A stretch of DNA of 64,000 bases from an uncultured virus (IMG/VR IMGVR_UViG_3300042564_002063) (IMGVR_UViG_3300042564_002063); one strand, 5' to 3'. Positions 7,638 to 16,220 are shown, numbered from the stretch's first letter. The notes: generated by a model not told the origin, from the letters alone. Numbers and translations: made by a program.

Positions 7638-8756
7638 TTACTTGCCTCTGAGAGTCTTTAGCTTGTGTGCTACGATGGTGTCTGTAGGTTCTCCATCACG
7701 ATATAAACGAATTACAGCAGCTGGATCTTCAGGAGTTCCAGTTACAGTTACCTCGGTTCCAGGAACATTGTATCGTCCATCACGAATAATCCTAGTAATC
7801 TTTCCTTCTGCACGACCGCCAGATGAATTCCATGAAACCATAGACCCAACACCAAGTGCCTTAAAGATATCTGCCATTCCTGTGGACCGTGTCCAATCCT
7901 TACCAAAGCTACTAAACAAAGCCTTATCCCTCATCCTATTTACAATGCCTCTAGACCATGAGAAGCCAGCATCCCCACCCCATGCAAGCCACATGATGTA
8001 TCCGTTAGATGGGTTAGCTTGGTTAGCCCAATCCTTGCCCTTCTTGTCTACTTCGTGACGGGAGAAGTAAGAGTACATACGCTTTACTGTGCTGAGCGAG
8101 AGTGTCTCTCCATTAGCCAGCTGTCTAGCTCTAGTCCATCCAACAGCAGTTCCTGCACCTTTGGCTTTGCCGTCTTCTTTGAACTTAATAGCACGACGAG
8201 CAGCAGACCTGGCACCAGCAGGAGGAGAATAGCCCTCAGCTTTATCCATAAATTTTTCATCTTCATAATCTTCCATACTAATATTAGGCATGTTAATTCT
8301 ATTTACATCAGACATGAGTGCACCAATAGAATAAGGTGTGTAATAGTATACTCCGTCATCTTCTTCCAGCATTCTAATAGCTACCGCTGGATTTTCTGGT
8401 GTAGACTGAACTGCATATGGATTGCCTGGTTCTCCATATGTTCCACCTTCACGCATTACATGCTCTACCTGACCAACAACTGGACCTTCGGATGTAAGTG
8501 CGATTACGAAGTCACCCTCAGTGATCTCGGCATCTGCCTTAGATACTGGCCATTCGTCTGGATTCTTGATTCCCATGCCACCGTCATTAGTAATCATCTC
8601 TTTTTCATCGATGTTTCCCTCAGACTGATTGATTGCATAAATCTGATTAGCAGCCTCTTCGGCTGTACTGTGGCAACCCATTACGGTTCCATCATCTTTA
8701 ACGGCAGGGTATCCCTTGCAACCGTAAGAACCTTTTTCTCCAACATGATATGGCAT
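7638..8756 (-). CDS. multidomain protein with two Tudor/SH3-like (DUF2945-like) repeats and a central helical phage domain
   Basis: Internal repeat ...TPENPAVAIR / ...TPEDPAAVIR; central GTAVGWTRARQLANGE..VKRMYSYFSRH..WLAWGG. Confidence 0.6.
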   Translation of the reverse strand: MPYHVGEKGSYGCKGYPAVKDDGTVMGCHSTAEEAANQIYAINQSEGNIDEKEMITNDGGMGIKNPDEWPVSKADAEITEGDFVIALTSEGPVVGQVEHVMREGGTYGEPGNPYAVQSTPENPAVAIRMLEEDDGVYYYTPYSIGALMSDVNRINMPNISMEDYEDEKFMDKAEGYSPPAGARSAARRAIKFKEDGKAKGAGTAVGWTRARQLANGETLSLSTVKRMYSYFSRHEVDKKGKDWANQANPSNGYIMWLAWGGDAGFSWSRGIVNRMRDKALFSSFGKDWTRSTGMADIFKALGVGSMVSWNSSGGRAEGKITRIIRDGRYNVPGTEVTVTGTPEDPAAVIRLYRDGEPTDTIVAHKLKTLRGK

Positions 8757-8772
8757 AAGTATATTATAGCAT

Positions 8773-8871
8773 GAGAAATCCCCACACAGTAACCTTGGCG
8801 TTGCCCAGCATAAAATGGTAACTACTCATCCTAAGATAACAAAAGTTGCCTTGCCCTGTGTGGGGACTCTC
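8773..8871 (-). ncRNA. candidate structured small RNA
   Basis: Perfect 11-bp closing stem TCCCCACACAG/CTGTGTGGGGA enclosing internal hairpins; own TATAAT at 8874-8879; no ORF. Confidence 0.5.
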
Positions 8872-8881
8872 TAATTATACA

Positions 8882-9295
8882 CTAATTAATAGTGATCTTC
8901 TTTGGCTTCTTGTCTTCTGGAACACGCTTGTACAAATCAATGTACAGAATTCCATCAATCATAGATGCCCTGTCTACCTCGAAATACTCTGGCAGACTGA
9001 ATGATCGTGTGAACTTCCGACCAGCGATGCCTTTGTAGACATAGTTGGCCTTGTCGTCCTCATGACGCTCACCCTTAACAGTTAGCACATCCTTCTCTAC
9101 TGAGATGTCAATGCCATACTGATTAAACCCAGCAACAGCAAACTCCAGGACATAGTGTTCGTCCGAGATCTTGTTGATGTTGTATGGTGGGTAAGATGCC
9201 TTTACTGGCTGTGAAAAAGCCTTCTCAAATTCCTGAGCAAGGCTTCCGAATGGGAAGAGGTCTCTTCCTAGGTGTGGTGTACGTGTGTATACCAT
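8882..9295 (-). CDS. small heat-shock protein Hsp20 (alpha-crystallin domain)
   Basis: YPPYNI, AVAGF, KGIAGRKFTRSFSL, DGILYI. Confidence 0.95.
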   Translation of the reverse strand: MVYTRTPHLGRDLFPFGSLAQEFEKAFSQPVKASYPPYNINKISDEHYVLEFAVAGFNQYGIDISVEKDVLTVKGERHEDDKANYVYKGIAGRKFTRSFSLPEYFEVDRASMIDGILYIDLYKRVPEDKKPKKITIN

Positions 9296-9304
9296 ATATA
9301 TCAT

Positions 9305-9345
9305 CTCCTTATATTAAGCGAGTTAATTGCCCCCAAATGGCAGGC
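9305..9345 (-). promoter_or_regulatory. ROSE-like RNA thermometer in the hsp20 leader
   Basis: CTCGCTT-AATAT-AAGGAG hairpin sequesters the SD with a UCGCU motif; a GC-rich hairpin lies upstream. Confidence 0.6.
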
Positions 9346-9359
9346 ATATATATTATAGC

Positions 9360-9397
9360 AAAAGAAAAGGCGGACTGCAAGCAATATGCAATCCGCC
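9360..9397 (-). terminator. intrinsic terminator
   Basis: GGCGGATTGCA-loop-TGCAGTCCGCC followed by TTTTCTTTT on the minus strand. Confidence 0.8.
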
Positions 9398-9414
9398 AAT
9401 ATCTTATTTAGTTT

Positions 9415-9783
9415 TTACTTAGCCTGGTTTGTTGGCTTAGAGCCACTTCCACCAGTCTTCTTTGCAGCTGGCTTCTTAGCTGGAGCCTTTGGAGCTGCCT
9501 TCTTAGGAGCTTCCTTGGCTGCTGCCTCTAGCTTGGCCGTTACAGCCTGAGCTGTTACCTGTGCCACTAGACCAAAGGCTGGATCCTTCTTATTCACATA
9601 ACGGATCAGAGTTGGGACAGCTGCTGCCCATAGACCATTTGCAACAGTTAGCCATTCTCCAAGACCGAAATCTAGAGGAGATGCGACACCTGCACTAGCC
9701 ATAGTAGTTGTTACAAGAGCTAGGACCACACCGAGAAGATTTCTCAGGTATGAATCCAAAGCTGCCTTAATTTGCTCGTTCAT
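9415..9783 (-). CDS. holin-like membrane protein with Ala/Lys/Pro-rich tail
   Basis: Two hydrophobic segments, RYVNKKDPAFG, AKKPAAKK tail. Confidence 0.6.
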   Translation of the reverse strand: MNEQIKAALDSYLRNLLGVVLALVTTTMASAGVASPLDFGLGEWLTVANGLWAAAVPTLIRYVNKKDPAFGLVAQVTAQAVTAKLEAAAKEAPKKAAPKAPAKKPAAKKTGGSGSKPTNQAK

Positions 9784-9799
9784 TATTTCTCCTTATCGG

Positions 9800-9961
9800 T
9801 TACCACAAAGTCTCAGAGGAAATCATCTGGTAGTGAACCTCACACAAAGGAATTTCTCTTCCTTCTAGTGTTGTATATGTTGCAGATGACTTACTATCAC
9901 AGGATGACGCTGCACAACAGCAGCAACCTATGGCTTCCTCTAAATCTCGTAATGGTAACAT
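9800..9961 (-). CDS. small Cys-rich protein (53 aa)
   Basis: Manual: MLPLRDLEEAIGCCCCAASSCDSK...PLCEVHY...W*; GGGAG SD. Confidence 0.6.
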   Translation of the reverse strand: MLPLRDLEEAIGCCCCAASSCDSKSSATYTTLEGREIPLCEVHYQMISSETLW

Positions 9962-9988
9962 TTTTCTCCCATGCTAGTTTACCACATC

Positions 9989-10351
9989 TTAGTTTTCTGA
10001 TGGAAGAAAGCTTATTAATTTTTTATATGATTCACTAATCATAGTTTCATCGTTAAGTTCCATGGCTATCTTTAGTGATTCTATTGCAAGCTGAACCTCT
10101 GAAATATACTCAAAAGCTAGCTCCCTGGATTCAGAAAGAAACTTAACAAACCCATCATTTATATCTGAGCTGTTGTTTACTATAAAGTTAAGTCTCTCTA
10201 TTTCATCGGACATCGCAGATCTATCGATAAATAGCTGTGCAATCGACTCTAGGCTTTTTTTATTCCTAATATTAGAAGACACTAGCATGGCTAAAGATAT
10301 CGTTAATGATATAGATAGGATAGAAATAATTATGATCTCTACAAGACTCAT
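9989..10351 (-). CDS. membrane-anchored hypothetical protein
   Basis: N-terminal TM; FVKFLSESRELAFEYI. Confidence 0.75.
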   Translation of the reverse strand: MSLVEIIIISILSISLTISLAMLVSSNIRNKKSLESIAQLFIDRSAMSDEIERLNFIVNNSSDINDGFVKFLSESRELAFEYISEVQLAIESLKIAMELNDETMISESYKKLISFLPSEN

Positions 10352-10584
10352 AATTCTTTGCCGCCCTCTCTAACAATCAGAACTATTGCCCCACTGTCTT
10401 CTAGTGCCTGCTTTACACGTATCATGTATTCGATGGCACTACGCTTGTCCTCATCTGTTAGTCGCATAAAGATTTCTTCTTTTGCTTTTACAGTTATGAA
10501 ATTGTCATTATCTATTAGCTGTACCCCAAAGTTTTTGGGTGCAGTAATAGAGTGAAACGCTCTCTTCATTGCATCTGTATACAT
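10348..10584 (-). CDS. hypothetical phage protein
   Basis: 78-aa ORF coupled to both neighbours. Confidence 0.8.
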   Translation of the reverse strand: MYTDAMKRAFHSITAPKNFGVQLIDNDNFITVKAKEEIFMRLTDEDKRSAIEYMIRVKQALEDSGAIVLIVREGGKEL

Positions 10585-10871
10585 TATTTCTTATCCATCG
10601 TTAAGTATTTCCAGGTTTCTGCCCACTTGGCTTTAGTCCTGTGCCTGTTGAACTCTCTAGAGATCTTTCCGCCTTCTAGATATACTCCACCCCAGACTCC
10701 CCATTCCTTCTGAGATACGCCAACAGCAAAGCATTGCCTTGCAACTGGACAGCCACCGCATAGATTATCTATTGCTGGTCTTAGGCTAACATCTTCTTCA
10801 TACTTATCAAAGAATAAGTTCCAGTCATAGTCTTTGCATCTGGCTTGGTCTTTCCATTTTTGAGATTGCAC
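10584..10871 (-). CDS. whiB: WhiB-family Fe-S transcription factor
   Basis: WKDQARC...C..CPVARQC...GVWGG. Confidence 0.9.
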   Translation of the reverse strand: MQSQKWKDQARCKDYDWNLFFDKYEEDVSLRPAIDNLCGGCPVARQCFAVGVSQKEWGVWGGVYLEGGKISREFNRHRTKAKWAETWKYLTMDKK

Positions 10872-10875
10872 TTGG

Positions 10876-11091
10876 CTACCTCACAAAATTGTTTGGAATC
10901 TCCCAACCATCAGTGGACAGAGCAAATGTCTTTTGTGTATACCACTTATTGTTGATACGTACGCCTTCTGGCTTTCTCCAGCCAACTGGGTCGAATGTGT
11001 TTTGCACAACATCCCAACCATTCCATGCAAGAGTCTTGTTAGATTTAACAATCTCTTCCATCTTTTCAAGTGAATTAATTAACATAATCAC
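10876..11091 (-). CDS. hypothetical protein
   Basis: Trp-rich 71-aa ORF in the operon. Confidence 0.75.
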   Translation of the reverse strand: MIMLINSLEKMEEIVKSNKTLAWNGWDVVQNTFDPVGWRKPEGVRINNKWYTQKTFALSTDGWEIPNNFVR

Positions 11092-11097
11092 CTTTCA

Positions 11098-11463
11098 TTA
11101 TTTAACGGTTCGATATCTCATAACCTGGACATCGACTTCTTTTTTATCTAATACATCGCACAGCTTTGATAATGGCTGTCTCTCATTACAAAAGTATAGG
11201 AATAGATCTAGGTCATGACTATTATCTTTTGCCCAAGACTCTGGAACTCTAACTACCTTGGCAGAAATACCACGTGACTTAAAGTTAGAAACATTTACAA
11301 ACTCCATTGCCATTTCACTTACTCGCTTGGGACCAACAGAAAAGATTGTAAACACATTGTCATCTGGATCCACAGCATCCATTCTTTTTAGGGCTAAGCC
11401 CATGCTAGAAAGGAATACGCTGTAGTCGTTAAACTCAGCCGATCCCTGGATTCCCAAAATCAT
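11098..11463 (-). CDS. hypothetical protein, SLOG/YspA-like N-terminus
   Basis: ILGIQGSAEFNDY resembles the YspA/DUF2493 start. Confidence 0.5.
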   Translation of the reverse strand: MILGIQGSAEFNDYSVFLSSMGLALKRMDAVDPDDNVFTIFSVGPKRVSEMAMEFVNVSNFKSRGISAKVVRVPESWAKDNSHDLDLFLYFCNERQPLSKLCDVLDKKEVDVQVMRYRTVK

Positions 11464-11866
11464 TTCTAGTTCCTTCCGTAAGCTTTTGTACTATAAAAAT
11501 CATCTTGTCTAATTCTACCTTATCTATAGTCATTGTGTCAACTACTTTTGTGGTAGAACTATCAATTTCACCACTTTCAAGCAGGCCAGCCTCATAGAAT
11601 GCGTTGTCTTTGATCCAGTATGCCTTCTCTTCAGTAAAAATAATTCTCTGATTATTCTTTTCATCATTCAAAAATGATTGAGTTGGTCTAAATTCTTTTG
11701 CCATCGGCATGTATGGTATAGCAGGTGCTATCAAGGAGAATAGGTGGCTTTGTCTATACACAATCTTGCCAAGCTTGTTAGCCTTAAACAGGTCCTCAGT
11801 TAGTATATGCCTTTTTACAAATAGAATAGTGCCAAAGGCTAAGGCAAATCCAAGTAAAAACTCCAT
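11435..11866 (-). CDS. membrane-anchored hypothetical protein
   Basis: N-terminal TM; AYWIKDNAFY; AAGGAG SD. Confidence 0.75.
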   Translation of the reverse strand: MEFLLGFALAFGTILFVKRHILTEDLFKANKLGKIVYRQSHLFSLIAPAIPYMPMAKEFRPTQSFLNDEKNNQRIIFTEEKAYWIKDNAFYEAGLLESGEIDSSTTKVVDTMTIDKVELDKMIFIVQKLTEGTRNDFGNPGIG

Positions 11867-11887
11867 AACACTCCTTGATCAATTATA

Positions 11888-12211
11888 CTATTGAATTCTC
11901 AGTGCATCTATAATTATTTTTAAAGCCTGCCTGTGTTCCGCAGACAAGGATGCAACAACAGACTCATCCAATGCTACTGGATTAATTCTAATTACAGGAT
12001 TCTCTTCAAAGACATTCATGTCCAAGTATCCCTTTTGCCAGAAAAACATAATGTTTCTGTGAAACTCTTCCTCGAACTGCCTCTCTAGGTTAGGCATGTC
12101 TTTCTTAGCGGCAGCCGTAAACGAGTACAGCATTTCTCCAGTAACAACATCAATCCCAGCAGGCTCAACATACCCCTGAAGAATTAGCTTTTCTAGCATT
12201 TCGTCTTCCAT
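11888..12211 (-). CDS. hypothetical protein
   Basis: 107-aa ORF in the operon. Confidence 0.75.
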   Translation of the reverse strand: MEDEMLEKLILQGYVEPAGIDVVTGEMLYSFTAAAKKDMPNLERQFEEEFHRNIMFFWQKGYLDMNVFEENPVIRINPVALDESVVASLSAEHRQALKIIIDALRIQ

Positions 12212-12212
12212 A

Positions 12213-12611
12213 TTACTTCTGTCTTTTGGCTAGAAGTGCATCAAAGTCCTTGACCTTTGTGTCGCCCAGGTAACCCCAAGCATAGCCCTTCTCAATCATT
12301 TCATGGTTAATAGAGTTTCCCTCACCGTCCAAGTAGATCCATCCAAGGATACGACCATACTTCTCAGAACTATCAAGCTTTTCAGTCTTAATGACTACAT
12401 TTTTGGCTGCCTTGATTCTAGTCTCAAGGTACTTCTTAGACTCAAGACCAAGTGCCTTTTCTTTCTTGTCTGTAGTGCGAGACTCTGGGGTATCAATACC
12501 AGCCAAACGCACCCTGGATGCAAACATAATATCAAATCCTAGATCAATGACTACGTCAATGGTATCTCCGTCAACTACCTTGACCACTTCTTTTACAAAA
12601 TATTCATACAT
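12213..12611 (-). CDS. thermonuclease (SNase-like)
   Basis: VVDGDTIDV, RVRLAGIDTPE, KYGRILG. Confidence 0.92.
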   Translation of the reverse strand: MYEYFVKEVVKVVDGDTIDVVIDLGFDIMFASRVRLAGIDTPESRTTDKKEKALGLESKKYLETRIKAAKNVVIKTEKLDSSEKYGRILGWIYLDGEGNSINHEMIEKGYAWGYLGDTKVKDFDALLAKRQK

Positions 12612-12662
12612 ACAAAAACCATCCTTATTCTAGAATATTACTTATTTTAATTATACCAAAGT

Positions 12663-13481
12663 TTACCTGAGAATACCAGAACGAGTTAGCTCATTTAAAA
12701 ATTGATGTATTTCTTTAGTGTCGTGATTTTGATCAAATTGGCTAAAAAAAATGTCAGTAACTCCGAGATTGTACAGCTCCATAATTTTTTTACTTACGGT
12801 TTCTTTTGAGCCATACATCGGGGATCCATTAACAGTTCTTTTATCATCTGGGATGGCAGCAACCTCTTGCTCTGCATCTTCATCAGTTTCTCTTACCAGC
12901 ACAGACAAGAAAACAAATATCTTATCAAACTTTTTGCTTACATACCTTTGTGGATTTTCCATAAACGATTCATAGAACATCGCTATGCTGTTGCAGGTAT
13001 TTTTAGCCAGATCTATAGATTCATCTGAGGATCCAGACACAAGTATCTCTGGCATGCTATATGGAATAAACATTTCAGCATCATTAAAAAGCTTATGCAC
13101 AAAATCTTTTGCATAGTCTTTTCTATACTTTTGATCAAGAAGCTTTTCGCCATCTACAATTGACTTAAATGTTTCTTTAGAGTTAGGTATCCCGTGAACG
13201 AGATTTAGCATGAGTCTATTATTTGAGATGTCATTAAATGATGAAATCAACATGGCCAGGTATTGTGGACTAAATAAGTATGGCCTAAATGCAATCATAT
13301 ACTTAAAAGTATGATTTGGATTTACTGAGGCAGAAAGCTTTGTCCACATGTCAGATAGCATTGGATGAACAGTAAATAATACAGACTCATAACCATAATT
13401 GCCCACCTCATCTACGACTTCTTGTATGCTTTGTGCAGTCTCAGGTGGTCTATACCTAACCATCCAGTGTTTTTGTATCAC
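12663..13481 (-). CDS. LLM-class (luciferase-like) flavin-dependent monooxygenase
   Basis: GYESVLF, YMIAFRP...SPQYLA, RLMLNLVHG, GS..TV...I..LY.LGV. Confidence 0.7.
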   Translation of the reverse strand: MIQKHWMVRYRPPETAQSIQEVVDEVGNYGYESVLFTVHPMLSDMWTKLSASVNPNHTFKYMIAFRPYLFSPQYLAMLISSFNDISNNRLMLNLVHGIPNSKETFKSIVDGEKLLDQKYRKDYAKDFVHKLFNDAEMFIPYSMPEILVSGSSDESIDLAKNTCNSIAMFYESFMENPQRYVSKKFDKIFVFLSVLVRETDEDAEQEVAAIPDDKRTVNGSPMYGSKETVSKKIMELYNLGVTDIFFSQFDQNHDTKEIHQFLNELTRSGILR

Positions 13482-13680
13482 TCTTTATACCCCAACCAAC
13501 CTTAGACCAGATTCTTTCATGCCAAAAATAAACCACTATCTTGACTACAACCTCTAAGCTTACAATTGCTGTAGCCATTTCTATTTTACCAGTAACCAAC
13601 AAAGATATCAAAAAAGTATTCAGGCTCTGCCAAAACCGATATGTCAATGCCTTTGTTATCGATCTTGCGTTAGATTCCAA
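13456..13680 (-). CDS. DUF2061 family small membrane protein
   Basis: RSITKALTYR...YFWHERIWSKVGWG. Confidence 0.85.
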   Translation of the reverse strand: MESNARSITKALTYRFWQSLNTFLISLLVTGKIEMATAIVSLEVVVKIVVYFWHERIWSKVGWGIKSDTKTLDG

Positions 13681-14428
13681 GCTCTTTCCTTTTTTGAGTT
13701 GCAGAGATAGCCTGAATTTCTGGCGGTAGATCAACCTGCTCAATCTTATACCCTACATCTCTACCATAAACAATGTTAGTAATGTTTGGTAGACGCATGA
13801 TTACAGTATCGTTATAACTTTGATTATTTTGATAGATATAATCCTCAACCTCTTTATAGGTAAGTGGATCCTTTTCTGATGTACCGTGCGTATTCCTTAC
13901 ACCAACCAGCACTTGGTATGTACGGTTATGAGCCTCTTCCTTTAACGCCTGGTGGCCTTCATGCCAAGGTTGGTAGCGTCCAAGCATTAGTGTTGTAGGA
14001 GATGACCAATCAAACAAACCAAAATGTTTGATGACATCATCTGCCATTTCTCTATCTGTTTTCCACTCATAGAATGTATAGTCTGCATCAACAACTGGCA
14101 TCCACATAATATCTGTGTCTGGGAATCTGCTAGAGTATATTGTATCTAGTGCAATCTTAATGTCTGGTGTTCCAAAGGCTTCTCTAGTCTTTTTAGTTGG
14201 GCAGACAAAGTCCACAATGACTGTGTACCCCTGCTCAGACAAAAGCCTAGCCATCTCTCCGAGCCTTCTAGCATTTTCAATTCTATCCTTTTCGCTAAAC
14301 TTTAGATCAGAGTTTACGGTTGCCCTAACCCTGTCTGCATTTAGATGAATGGCATTAATACGCTCTTTAAGAGCATTTGCTAGTGTAGTCTTTCCAGAAC
14401 CTGGCAGACCAAGAATTTGAATTATCAA
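13670..14428 (-). CDS. adenylylsulfate kinase (CysC)-like domain fused to an HxGH nucleotidyltransferase domain
   Basis: GLPGSGKTT, FSEKDRIENARR, VDFVCP; C-terminal MLGRYQPWHEGH, YGRDVGY. Confidence 0.82.
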   Translation of the reverse strand: MIIQILGLPGSGKTTLANALKERINAIHLNADRVRATVNSDLKFSEKDRIENARRLGEMARLLSEQGYTVIVDFVCPTKKTREAFGTPDIKIALDTIYSSRFPDTDIMWMPVVDADYTFYEWKTDREMADDVIKHFGLFDWSSPTTLMLGRYQPWHEGHQALKEEAHNRTYQVLVGVRNTHGTSEKDPLTYKEVEDYIYQNNQSYNDTVIMRLPNITNIVYGRDVGYKIEQVDLPPEIQAISATQKRKELGI

Positions 14429-14667
14429 TTTTCCCCAACCAGTCTATTCTCAATTAACTTGTCTCGCTCATCCACAATCTGATATGCAAACTTTTCTAGG
14501 TTGGCATAGCCAACTGCATCATTAGTAATTTTATTATAGTGGTGAGAGCAGAACAGCAATTCTCCAGAAACCCCAACTGCCTTGACGTAAGCCTGTGCTG
14601 TACAACCAGCATCACACCTATCCAAAGCAGTCAGGGTCCACTCAGATTGATCGGTTAATACCTGCAT
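14425..14667 (-). CDS. small Cys/His actinobacterial-type protein
   Basis: LTALDRCD..C.AQAYV...LLFCSHH. Confidence 0.7.
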   Translation of the reverse strand: MQVLTDQSEWTLTALDRCDAGCTAQAYVKAVGVSGELLFCSHHYNKITNDAVGYANLEKFAYQIVDERDKLIENRLVGEN

Positions 14668-14849
14668 TAGTTTCCTTTATCAGTTCTATAGAATCCGCTA
14701 CCATTAAATGTGATGGCTCCTATAGAGTATACCTTAATCATGGGTAAATTGCAAGTGCCACAAGAATACCCTGGATCTGGATCAGTTATTGATCTAGTCA
14801 CAGAGATATGTCCACTACAAGACTTACACTGATAATCGTATGCTGGCAT
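14667..14849 (-). CDS. FmdB-family zinc-ribbon protein
   Basis: MPAYDYQCKSC...CGTC...FNGSGFYRTD. Confidence 0.88.
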   Translation of the reverse strand: MPAYDYQCKSCSGHISVTRSITDPDPGYSCGTCNLPMIKVYSIGAITFNGSGFYRTDKGN

Positions 14850-14860
14850 TTATTTCTTTC

Positions 14861-15523
14861 TTACTGGATTTTATTTGCGGAGGTTCCTCCGCCTGATGAC
14901 TTTTTTGCAGCTGGCTTTGCGGTTGGCTTGGCAGCAGCCTTGGGAGCTTCCTTTGCGACTGGCTTAGGTGCTGGTGAGTCTGCCTTGACATCTTGTGGAG
15001 TGGTATCCTTAGCGGTATTAGCAATCTTCTCAGAGGCAATTACAGACTTTGTAAACTCAATTGGCTCTACAAATCCCTTGCCATTGTCAGACCATCCGTG
15101 GTCTTTTCCTGCCCAGATCTCCCAGTGTAGGTGAACCCCAGTTGACATACCACTAGTACCCATAACTCCAAGCACAGTGCCTGCAGTGATCTTCTGACCA
15201 GTCTTTACCTGGATGCTGCCCTTTTCTAGATGAGCGTATAGGTGAGAATACCACTTGCCATTGATCATAGAAGAAACCTTTACGTAATATCCAAAGCCAT
15301 CTGGCTCTCCGTTCTCCTTCTTAGACTTAGACGGACCAGCATACATTACCTTGCCATTAAATGCGGATTCAATATACACCTTACCCTTGATATTGCCAGG
15401 AACAATGTCAGTACCGTTGTGGTGCTTTTCTGTTTTCTTTACTGGGTGGATTCTCCAACCCATCTTGCTCTTGACCTTCCAGGCTTTTCCTGGGATTCCG
15501 TCAATTGGAAATTGTGCTTTCAT
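14861..15523 (-). CDS. M23 peptidase endolysin with basic Ala/Lys tail
   Basis: HNGTD, YAHL, STGVHLHWE. Confidence 0.9.
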   Translation of the reverse strand: MKAQFPIDGIPGKAWKVKSKMGWRIHPVKKTEKHHNGTDIVPGNIKGKVYIESAFNGKVMYAGPSKSKKENGEPDGFGYYVKVSSMINGKWYSHLYAHLEKGSIQVKTGQKITAGTVLGVMGTSGMSTGVHLHWEIWAGKDHGWSDNGKGFVEPIEFTKSVIASEKIANTAKDTTPQDVKADSPAPKPVAKEAPKAAAKPTAKPAAKKSSGGGTSANKIQ

Positions 15524-15564
15524 TTAAGACTCCTAATCTTTTGTTTAATTTAATTATATCACAG

Positions 15565-15637
15565 AGCCTCAAGCAGGACTTGAACCCGCCACCTACGCAT
15601 TACAAGTGCGTTGCTCTACCAGATGAGCTATTGAGGC
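15565..15637 (-). tRNA. tRNA-Thr(TGT)
   Basis: GCCTCAA/TTGAGGC acceptor; anticodon loop CTTGTAA; TTCAAGT T-loop. Confidence 0.93.
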
Positions 15638-15647
15638 AATACCTATA

Positions 15648-16220
15648 TTATACTACAGAACCCTTAATCAGAGTTCTTAAATATTCAAAACAGTACAAAG
15701 ACATGACTGCATCATACTCTGCATCGTGCTGCCTATCCTTAAAGCCTTCAAACATTCCCTCCATTTTTTCAAATGCATAGTTCTTTGCTTTGCCCTTAAT
15801 TCTTTCGAACTGAGTGTTTGTATCTGACATTGCAAAGATTAATGAGTTTAGATCTACAGTTCGTCTAGAGAATTTGCTAAACAGTATTGGAAGTGATTGC
15901 TCAACGAATGGTCTATCAAACGAGCCAACATTAAATCCAACCATAACAAAGTCTCTCCTATGACTAGATTCATTTGCCCAATCAGCGAGCGTCTGATCTA
16001 CCATAGCTGGGTCTTCGCCGTTCTGTTCTATATATTCACGAGAAAATTCATGGATAGATTCCGCCTGCTCTGACCAGGCCATGGCTCCTGGATTTAGCAA
16101 TACGCCAATGGATGTCATCTGTTCATCTACATATTTGGCCATGCCTATTTGAATAAGCTTGTGGCCATTATTAATTTCAGTGCCAGACATTTCTCCATCT
16201 AGCCCAATATAAGTAATCAT
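15648..16220 (-). CDS. DEDDh 3'-5' exonuclease
   Basis: GLDGEMSG, GFNVGSFD, HDAEYDA. Confidence 0.88.
   Translation of the reverse strand: MITYIGLDGEMSGTEINNGHKLIQIGMAKYVDEQMTSIGVLLNPGAMAWSEQAESIHEFSREYIEQNGEDPAMVDQTLADWANESSHRRDFVMVGFNVGSFDRPFVEQSLPILFSKFSRRTVDLNSLIFAMSDTNTQFERIKGKAKNYAFEKMEGMFEGFKDRQHDAEYDAVMSLYCFEYLRTLIKGSVV

Noticed and set aside
7600..8774. Plus-strand ORFs 7600..8058 and 8019..8774
   Set aside because: Antisense to the 372-aa gene, which has a promoter and an internal domain duplication
8773..8871. Interpretation as hsp20 terminator, SAM riboswitch or hammerhead ribozyme
   Set aside because: Loop of about 65 nt with no U-tract; SAM-I and CUGAUGA/GAAA cores absent; kept only as an unknown ncRNA candidate
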